Source: Zootoca vivipara (taxonomy: Eukaryota). From it: a stretch of DNA of 64,000 nt. Position 1 is the stretch's first letter. Every line of letters starts with the position of its first letter. The notes under the pieces are model-generated. The model was not told the DNA's origin and did no database searches. It saw nothing but the letters and a program-made list of their open reading frames with translations. The stretch lies in the NCBI RefSeq assembly GCF_963506605.1, contig NC_083278.1, positions 67,518,001-67,582,000 of the forward strand, written 5' to 3'. The position numbers and the translations under genes are program-made. This document shows, piece after piece, positions 13,850 through 33,991 of this stretch.

Positions 13850-15170
13850 AAGGATGCCCGTCGGAAACAAGCTATCTGAAAAACGCGCGCGCGGGGGGGG
13901 GGGAATGCGTGGAGTTTTTTTGATGGGGGTGACGACAGCCATGAGGAAATACCCGTAACGCAGGATAAGGCGCCGACAACGCAGGATAAGGCGCCGACTC
14001 TGACCCGCCGCCCCCCCGCTTCGAGTTACGTTAGTCCGGGAAGCCGCTCCCCGCCCCGCCCGTAGGATGGAGGCCCCTTCCCGCTCAGGGCCGGCGAGCC
14101 TCGGGTCTCTCCAAGAGCCGTAGTAGCGGGGACTGCGGCGGGCGGATGCGGCCCGCGCGCGAGGAAGCGGACAGAGGCCGCCACTCACCTCCCGCCCGTG
14201 GCGGCCCCGAGGCGTCGTCGTAGTCTCCCGGTTGCAGCGGATGCCTCCACGCCGAGGCTCGCGTCGCATTAATCAAGCGGGCCCAGTACCACCCCTGCTT
14301 GGAGAAGGCCGCCGCCAACACCGCCGCCGCCGCACCAGCACCACCACGTTCGCTTCCCGCCCCGCTCTTTATTTGCTGCTTCGCTGCGCTACAAAATGGC
14401 GCCGGACAGGGAAATGAGAGGAGCCGCCGCCTCGCCCCTTCCTTGCCTCCCGCCTCGTCCTAGCGAGAAGGCAGAGCCGCCCGCAGCGCGGAGCCAACCG
14501 CTGCCACTCACCCACGGCTCCTCCCCCTCCCTCGGCCGCGCGCTCCCTCGCGCCGCCTTATTCACACTTACCGGCCCAGCGAGAGAGAGAGAGAGAGAGA
14601 GAGCGAGCAAGCAACTGCCCCTGCAGCAGGAGCGCTTTGCCTGGCGCCGGGACTACTTCCCTCGCACGGCACTACTGTCTCCCCCCCCCTCCTTGCTTGG
14701 TTCGGTCTGCTTTTCTGTTCTCTCTGCGGAAAAAAGACGCTGTTTGTGCGGAGAAGGGGGGCGGGTGAGACGTAAGTATTCGGCCAAAGTTAGCGGGGGA
14801 CGACGACTGAATGCCCCGCTCCAGTCCCGCGTCTCTACGCAGTTGCAAAGCATGATGGGAAGAAGCAGGGTGGTAGTCGCGTCGGCGGAAGGATTCGGAA
14901 TCGCACTGTCTAACCACCTGCAGGAGTGAGGCCGAGTGAGGCGGAAGGAGACTTGATGTTGCTGAAGAAAGATAGTTGCGGCGGAGGCGGTGAAATTCCT
15001 ACGCAGGAATTTATTTTGAGTCCACAGGCTTATTTTCCGATGGACTGAAAATGGAGCAGTCGAGTCCGTTCCTATGCAGAATTTGGAAATCGGTGGCGTT
15101 GAAGGGTCGCTTAACCGTGCACGCGATCGGGCTGTAATATTGGGTTAGAGAGAGTTACGAGGTGCGCGCA
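13850..15170 (-). promoter_or_regulatory. WTAP CpG-island promoter with candidate non-coding first exons
   Basis: Very GC/CpG-rich. Minus-strand donors GAG|GTGAGT (14189/14188), GTGG|GTGAGT (14512/14511) and CCG|GTAAGT (14572/14571). YY1-type CAAAATGGCGCC at 14392-14403. ZNF143-type TTCCCATCATGCTTTGCA on the minus strand at 14844-14861. (GA)n at about 14580-14602. Confidence 0.85.
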
Positions 15171-17036
15171 ACTCCCACTGAAATCAGTGGAATTACAGAA
15201 TTATGTTTGCATCCAGGAGCTTGACAAGTTGTATCTTTTTAACTGTTGGGTACAGCACTCGCAACTGTGAAACTTTCTGTACCCATGAGATTAACTGGAA
15301 GGGAACCAGTAAAGTTGATTGGCATTAATTTTAAGACTGACAGGGGATTTGCGATTATGTGCCTTAATTTATGGAATTCAGGCCACATGATGTAGAATAT
15401 CTTTTAAAGAGATTCTTCTCAAGTTAGCCACCATAGCTAAACAGTCTTTGTGGTCAGAGGCAAAACTGAACCTGTTGGAACAGGTGAAAGTTCTCACTTT
15501 TTCTCTCTTTTAAAAAAACAACAACAACATTTTAAACAAAGATAAACCAACTGCATACAGTCAGAGAATCATCTATTAATACCCTACAGCACTTTGTCAA
15601 AGTGCATAACAAACACAAATTAATACATATTAACCACCATCACTTGAATGGTTGTCCATAGCTAAAAAGTTATTGTATCAGCATCGGTGGTCTGCAGGGT
15701 TTATACAAAAGCAGGAGGGGAGAAGAAATAATAATAATTAAAATATGTGCTTCTTGCAAGCCAAACTGCTGTAGGCCATAGGCATCATTCTGCTATATGC
15801 CTTATTCTTTGTATAATCTATAAAGTCACCCCAGACTGCTTAAAAATTATTATATTTCCCCCAGCCTCTTGCTATCTTCAATTTCCATGTCAATTTTCCC
15901 AATAATGCTACCTGCCAGATTACCCTATTCCACTGGTCCTGGCAATGGGCATCCTTGCTGCGGTTAACAAATTGGTTCCAAGTTCTTTGTTTCTAATTCA
16001 TGGTGTGTCCTGTACAGGTTAAGCAGAGCCAGTCCTGGGGTCATGGGTATTGTCTGCCTTGTGATCAGGGATATCTCTGTAAAAACATTTGGTCGGAATC
16101 AAATTGGGATTTAGAAATTGAAGAAGAGGCATAATGCCAAGATTGCAGGTTTGATCCCCATAAGGGACAGCTGCATATTCTTACATTGCAGGGGGTTAGA
16201 CTAGATAATCCTGATTCTATGTCTTGGTCTAGCCCTGAGTTAGGGTTGGAAGGAAAAGTAAGTATAGTATTGCATATAATTCAGTTCCCTCCCAACTTTT
16301 CAGTTCTCTCTATCTATCTCTCTCTTTTTTAAAGAACCTTAATCAGCCTCAAAATTTTGAGAAATACATTGTATTATTCTGGTGACATTTAAAGTGGGGC
16401 AAATGTAACTTGTGAACAATGGCAATGGGCATTAAAAAATAATTGTGAGAAGGAATTTATTAAAGGAATTGTAGTTTCAACCCTTGTAAAACAACAACAA
16501 CCCTTTCCGTGTTTTCTTAGCAGTGTTGGCTCCAGCATGTTGGCAGGAGTAAAGTAAATAAATAAATAAAGTGCAATCATCACTAGAGGGCAGATCTGCT
16601 GCTACAGGATGAACAGAAAAAGAACTCTGGAATTAACTAACTCCACAAACACATTTTTAAAGGGGAAAAGTGTGCCTGTTCCCCATAGGGCTGGTAGAAT
16701 TACCAGGGTTCACTTAACAGTAGCAATCCATGTTGTAATTTTTGGAAATGTCTTGTTTTCCATGTGTAAATATTAGTACATTGACATGGAAGCCCCCATG
16801 TAACACTAATAGTATTTAAAAGGATCTGGAATACACCTTTGCATCATTCCTACAGTTTTTTTTAAAATTCATCATGGGGTTTCCGTACTTGTCTCTAAGG
16901 ATGGAAGAGCATCTTCACGTGTGCCTGTGGTGCTATTATTTAGTTAAACGACAAAGTGTAAACATATCCTTATTTGCTCAGAAGTGACCCTAGATCAATA
17001 CGCTCAATGAGATTTACTCCCAGGTAAGGTACCTAG

Positions 17037-17454
17037 TGAGAGCTGCACCATAAAGAAGGCTGATCGCCGAAGAATTGATGCTCTTGAATTATGGTGCTGG
17101 AGGAGACTCTTGAGAGTCCCATGGACTGCAAGAAGATCAAACCTATCCATTCTTAAGGAAATCAGCCCTGAGTGCTCCCTGGAAGGACAGATCGTGAAGC
17201 TGAGGCTCCAATACTTTGGCCACCTCATGAGAAGAGAAGACTCCCTGGAAAAAAAACCTGATGCTGGGAAAGATGGAGGGCACAAGGAGAAGGGGACGAC
17301 AGAGGACAAGATGGCTGGACAGTGTTTTTGAAGCTACAAACATGAGTTTGACCAAACTGCAGGAGGCAGTGCAAGACAGGAGTGCCTGGCGTGCTATGGT
17401 CCATGGGGTCACGAAGAGTCGGACACGACTAAACGACTAAACAACAACAACAAC
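17037..17454 (+). mobile_element. RTE-BovB LINE 3' fragment
   Basis: Encodes ...ELWCWRRLLRVPWTARRSNLSILKEISPECSLEG...LQYFGHLMRR, with a frameshift. (CAA)n tail. TSD AAGGTACCTAG at 17026-17036 and 17455-17465. Confidence 0.92.
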
Positions 17455-19382
17455 AAGGTACCTAGCATTGCCACCTTAAACTGTTATGGATGATGCTAAG
17501 GTCCTCTGGAGATTCTAGCTCTACAAAAATATGAGGGAATTGTGTCTCTAAGGTCCTGGCACTATCCTGGCATTACTACTCCCAGGTTTTATTACAGGGA
17601 TGAAGGAGGAGAATAGTTAAATTTACACTTTAAGCTGTAGGCATACTCACAGAAACTATTTCTTCGCTATTCTCAAAAAAGAAAAAGGGAAGGCTGTATG
17701 TGGCAGCTGAAGAAAAGTGAAGACTGAAAACAGTATCAAGGTGGGTCATGGTATGAACAACCCTTGACAGAACCAGGGTCAATTAGATGAGCTTTTTTAG
17801 AATTTTACTGACAAGCAGAGTTGCCTAAAGAGGTCAAAAGTGTTCAACAATTGCCAAGGGGGAGACTCATAGGAGGTCCAGAGTCCAGACAGTGGGCGAC
17901 TATTCATGAAGGCAGCTTCAAAACAAGGAATATTAATTCTGGAGGATATGTATCAAATAATATTAGATAACGTGGTCATAAGCAGATGCCACAGCTGGAA
18001 TTCATAGTTGTTAAAGCATTGGAGACTGGAATAGTCTTGACATAGTGGGTGGGAACTCACAAGAAACAATGCCCCAGTGTAAATACGTAGTTACAGGAGT
18101 AACTACTGTGAAGGGGATTATAATTCAATCCAATCATCTTGGAGAATGTGTCACAGGTTCTCAGATGGTGTTCTGTGAGCCACTGGTAGTCTATGAGCTC
18201 CCTTCAGGTGGTCTGGACTGTGAAATTCAGCTTTATCGGTGGGACCACATCTACTAGACTGGAAAGCTGCAGTAGTAGTTGTCCCACCAAATATAAGTAC
18301 ACACTGTTTAATCGTGAAATCAAATGGGGAAATACTCCAATCTAGAGCCATATTTTATTCACTAATTGTTTTAAGTTGATGCAGAATTTGTTGTCAGAAC
18401 TGTTCTAATAAGTTGACGTATTTCAGTTTTCTAAACTGTTGCAGAATTGTTTGTGATACATAAGAATCATTAACACTTCTGACTTCTGCACTGATTTTTA
18501 GTGCATTAGAATTCCCAAGCAATGCTAGGTTCAATGTGCTAGTAATGTATATATTGGTGGTAGTGGGGTGTTTTTAAAAAGTAGGAGGAGAAAAATAAAA
18601 CCTCATCATGATTACTATCCTGAATACACTTTTGAGTATCTCCTCAGATGTCAGCGGTTTTTACTGAAATAACACAGGATCGTTTTGACAAAAAGGCATT
18701 ACGAAATGAACTCTGATATCCACACATAGCCCCCTGCAACTATTTGTTAATGGTTATTTAGTGTGCCAAGAGTGGTAGATTCTTGGCTTCAATTTTTTGC
18801 TGGCATTCACCTTCAGAAGAACCTCTTAACTTTCATAGTTGCTGATTTACCAACTTTTCTAAACTCTCTATTATTTGATTACTCTAGCAGTTCACCTTGA
18901 TGTGACATTTGACCATCATTTGCAGTGATGACATAGGGTGGTATCCAGCAAACTTGTTCAATTCATGTGGACTTCCACTTGTGCCCTTGTACCTCCCTCT
19001 CCTCCTACCATCCAGCCTCCAATCTGTTTTAGGGGTTCCCCCAATCCTGAAGAGCAGATTTGAGGGAGTGCACAAGGAGATTAGAGGGAGGGGAAGAGAA
19101 CAACTTCATTGCAAACAAACTGTATTATATCTTTTTGTTTTATACAGTACTTTAGAATATTCAGAGTACTTCACATAGAATATCAGTAATTTTACACTAT
19201 TGCTGTAGGATCAATTATTATTATTCCCATATTGCACATAGGGGACAGCTAGAGAAACAGAAGTTTGCCTTTCGCCTACTTACTCAACAAACTGAATTTC
19301 ACAAAGGAAAGACAAGGTGGTATGGCCACTATAAGCCTGCGCTGCTTTACTGTTGTTTATCAGCATCTGTAACATGTGAATA

Positions 19383-19611
19383 CAGTGGTACCTCGGGTTA
19401 CAAACGCTTCAGGTTACAAATGCTTCAGGTTACATACTCCGCTAACCCAGAAATAGTACCTCAGGTTAAGAACTTTGCTTCAGGATGAGAAATCGTGCTC
19501 CGGCGGTGTGGCGGCAGCAGGAGGCCCCATTAGCTAAAGTGGTGCTTCAGGTTAAGAACAGTTTCAGGTTAAGAACAGACCCCCAGAACGAATTAACCAG
19601 AGGTACCACTG
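19383..19611. mobile_element. Tigger-like MITE
   Basis: TIRs CAGTGGTACCTC / GAGGTACCACTG with TA TSDs. Confidence 0.85.
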
Positions 19612-21358
19612 TACTCAAGAATAGGAAGTCTCCTTTGAAAAACAGAAGAGAAAGTGACAGAGTACCATTTGTCACCTACATCTGCTAGCTAGAACATATC
19701 ATCAATGAACTATAGCCCATTGGGACAAGGATGCTCTCCTGTCAGAGGCCTTGGATAGTAGGCATTTCCTTGCTTATAGATCCCCCCATCTACTTACAGC
19801 AACAGGCCAAATGATAGTACCACCAGATTTGCTAGTGCATTAGCACACACATTTACACAAACATCTCTTGCACACATGTTCACTGAAGGACTAATTAGCA
19901 GAATAAAAAAAATAGTATTCATTGATTCTTTCCTGGAGATTATTATGTCCACATATGCACTTCTATTGGCTTTGATAACCTTACGTCATTTGGGAATTTA
20001 ACATAGACCAATATTGGTATGCTTGCTGCTTGTTATAATTGTAATATTTCTCTTAAAACGACTAAAAGTTTAGGGATGGCTTCATGCCAATATAAAATGA
20101 TTTACAGGTAATAATACAGTTTTGAAGCTTGAAACACCACTATGGAATAATGCTGTACACAAGCAAGGCCTGGACAATATACAGTGCCTGGACAATATGG
20201 TCAATTACCATTGCAGAGATTGGGGTGAATAAGTGGAGAGTTATCAAATAGGATTTATGAGGCAGAGTCTTACAAGGCCCAGCTTTGCAGAAATGGAAAA
20301 ACCAGAAAAGGTTCCATGTCATGAAATGGAAAATTTTGGGAGATAAGAGGAAAGTTGGGATGCAGTATTTACCTACCTGGTAACAGAAGAAAAAGGGAGA
20401 AGGCACGGTTATTCACTGTAACTTAGTGGTTTACTACCACAAATGGACTAGCAGTTCACAATGGAGCTCAATGTGATTTGTCATACATGTGATTGATCAG
20501 ATATTTTATAAGACAGAATTTAATATAGTTTTATTACATACTATGTAGTAATTCATGATATTTATCTGGTTGGATACTCTTTAGTATTGCATCATATGTT
20601 CTAGGGTTGAATCCTGGCACTGAAAACAGGTTCCAGAGCCAAGCTATGTTTATGTGCTGAGTTTAGGGCACACTAGTTTGCATGCTCATATGGGAACTTC
20701 TATTGGCAAATCAGATCAACAAGGAATAAATTAATGGGAAGATCATTATCTTGCACAATGACTTTCAGCAAAGCGGAAAAAAAAATCTTCACTGTCCAAT
20801 GTTTTTGGTGATCTTTACCCTGGTCTAGGACCCCTGAAAAATATATTTTCAGGACCAACACAATTTTTTTGCTATTGCGTTTTTTAACTGTAAGCTTTTT
20901 AAGTGTTGTAAACTGTAGTTTTAATTGTTGCAACCTGTCATAGGACCTTAGGGTGAAGACTGGCTAATAAATTTAACGATAATAATAATAATGTTAAGAA
21001 TGAGTCTGCATTTTAAAGCAAATTGACTGATGGTTTAGGTATTAACAAACAATATGAAAGGAAAAGTTAAGAGTGGGAATGGCTCTTCTAGGTCCTGGTT
21101 GAGACTTTACTTTCTAGAGTTCTAAATTTCATGTCTGATTTAATGTTAAGGTGTCTAAGGCTTAAGGAAGGATGCTCCCTGGAAAAAGAAGCAGCTGGCT
21201 GTTTGACTTGTGCCTATAACTTTTTATACATTAGTTGTTATGTTTTAAACAAGTAACAATAAATAATTACAACAAATATTCTTCAGATTAACAGCTTTTT
21301 ATCCATGCAAGGCCACCTGAACCTTAGTTGCCGCAAATCTTCTCTTTTGACCCTAGCC

Positions 21359-21494
21359 CAGGCACCCCCAAACTGCGGCCCTCCAGATGTTTTGACCTGC
21401 AACTCCCATGATCCCTAGCTAACAGGACCAGTGGTCAGGGATGATGGGAACTGTAGTCCAAAACATCTGGAGGGCCGAAGTTTGGGGATGCCTG
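21359..21494. mobile_element. ~135-bp palindromic hAT MITE
   Basis: TIR CAGGCA(C/T)CCCCAAACT and 8-bp TSD CCCTAGCC. Confidence 0.88.
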
Positions 21495-22173
21495 CCCTAG
21501 CCCAATCTGAAATTACCATGCCTGTTGGGTTAGGGTTGCCAGCTGAGGATCAATTTATGACAACTGGTTTACAACTCTTAAAACATGGGTCCTATCTATG
21601 CATGATTCGGGGTCAGCACTGGGGGAGAACAGTGCTCTTGTTCCCTTACAGAGGCAGAAATGCATCTGGTTGTGCCTTTTCCAGTACTGTACAGAAATAA
21701 AATTACAAGGAAAGCTTCACCTGTTGACACCCTGCCAGGCTCCTAACAACTTGCTTGTGGCATGTTTTGTTTTAGCCCCTCCACCCCATCTGCAAAAGAA
21801 AATACAAACGTGCACATTACACAAATCAACAAAATTAGTTGGTCTCTAAGGTGCTACTGGACAATTTTGCAATTCCTCAGTGAAGCTTCCCGCACACTTG
21901 CATCCTCCATCTTTTGGGCACTTCCACCTTCGAAGCCTCTCTGGAAGCGAAAACGCAGCCTCCCTTCTTCTCAGACCCATCCCTCCTCCCGCCTGTCACG
22001 TGACGACACGCTCAGCCGAGCCCTCCGTGACGAAGGCGCTTGAGGGGGTGGGAGTAGTCCCGCGCAGCCAATGAGAACGCGCGAGGGATTTTCGGGCGGC
22101 GCGAGGCGGCTTAAGGGCCAGGCGTAAGGTGCAACAGGACCAGCGGCCGAAACGGGACCTGGCTGAAGGCAGC

Positions 22174-32901
<10,728 letters not shown>

Positions 32902-33214
32902 TGGAAGTGTTTCGGTAATTCTGTATTAATTTGTTGCATGGCTTCTAATTAAAACTGGAACTGTCTTAACTGCCGCCTCTTCCTTCAATTACTGTGACCA
33001 CATCACTCTCTCAGTTCCATCACTGCATATGCTGTACCAACTTAAAATTACTGGTATTGTGTTGTATATAAACAAGTCATACATACTGAGATCCATAGTC
33101 ACGGGATAAATATGGCTTAAAATAGCCAATGTTCTCTATCACATCAATCCCTCTGCTGGCTGCTGCAGAGAGCACCTTAGTGGGCAAAATCAGTCTCTTA
33201 CTTGACTTCAGGAA

Positions 33215-33433
33215 CAGGTAGGTAGCCGTGTTGGTCTGAGTCGAAGCAAAATAAAAAAATTCCTTCAGTAGCACCTTAAAGACCAACTAAGTTTTTATTT
33301 TGGTATGAGCTTTCGTGTGCATGCACACTTCTTCAGATACAGTGAAGAAGTGTGCATGCACACGAAAGCTCATACCAAAATAAAAACTTAGTTGGTCTTT
33401 AAGGTGCTACTGAAGGAATTTTTTTTTATTTTG
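33215..33433. mobile_element. Penelope-like retroelement terminal fragment arranged as an inverted repeat
   Basis: Arms 33244-33335 and 33343-33436 are reverse complements apart from an A7/T9 run. Flanked by the 14-bp direct repeat CTTGACTTCAGGAA (33201-33214, 33434-33447). The sequence GAAGAAGTGTGCATGCACACGAAAGCTCATACC...TTAGTTGGTCTTTAAGGTGCTACTG matches my recollection of squamate Penelope-like ends. Confidence 0.75.
33303..33340 (-). ncRNA. Minimal type I hammerhead ribozyme motif
   Basis: Minus strand reads GTAT-CTGAAGA-A-GTGTGCATGCACAC-GAAA-GC-TC-ATAC: stem I GTAT/ATAC, core CUGANGA and GAAA, stem II hairpin, palindromic AGCT stem III, UH cleavage site. Confidence 0.7.
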
Positions 33434-33529
33434 CTTGACTTCAGGAAGTTAAGCTGTTGTTTGCCCCACCCAGCACAGAGCTGCGACTTTAGCACTAGGC
33501 ATGACTGCACAGCATTCCTTAGTGTAGAC

Positions 33530-33769
33530 TGCAGGAACGTCCAACAGGTAGATCGTGATCTACCGGTAGATCACCGGCTCCCCCCAAAGAAGCTCAACAA
33601 CTTTGGCTCCCCTAAAAAATCTCAACATTTTAGCCCTTCACCTTCCAAAAACAGGGCTTTCCCGCCTCAGAAAAGCCCAACAACTCTGACCTGAACCCCT
33701 AAAAGGTGGTAGATCACTGCCAGTTTTTAACTGAGTACATCGCAGTCTCTTCGGAGTTGGCCCCCCCTG
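33530..33769. mobile_element. Non-autonomous hAT-like DNA transposon
   Basis: Imperfect TIRs CAGGAACGTCCAAC / GTTGGCCCCCCCTG and near-8-bp TSD GTGTAGAC / GTGTAGAG. Confidence 0.6.
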
Positions 33770-33841
33770 GTGTAGAGAACCAAAAGCATTGTATAGTGAC
33801 TTCAGTTTAAGCCCTAAAAAGCTCTTAGCCACCTTGCATTG

Positions 33842-33847
33842 TTTATT
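33842..33847 (-). terminator. Probable TCP1 polyadenylation signal
   Basis: Minus-strand AATAAA about 145 nt after the TCP1 stop codon. Confidence 0.65.
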
Positions 33848-33991
33848 GTGGTCTTAAATATTAGAACAAGTATGAGGACACAGCCATTTTTTAATTTTAA
33901 GTAATTAAGCAGAAGTGCAACAGCTTCATTAATTAACACACTTGTACATACAAGACTAGACTTTTACAGGAACAGTTGAATAAAAATGCAT

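Noticed and set aside
13811-14929. Long ORFs of 152 and 177 aa in the WTAP CpG island
   Set aside because: Arg/Pro/Ala-rich by-products of stop-poor GC-rich promoter DNA; no recognisable domain.
14950-21800. SOD2 or another coding gene between WTAP and ACAT2
   Set aside because: No SOD2-like exon or spliceable ORF found by eye; only repeats and AT-rich DNA.
21826-21868. Second Penelope-like tail (TTAGTTGGTCTCTAAGGTGCTACTGG) near the ACAT2 promoter as a ribozyme
   Set aside because: Only the distal tail remains; there is no CUGANGA/GAAA core.
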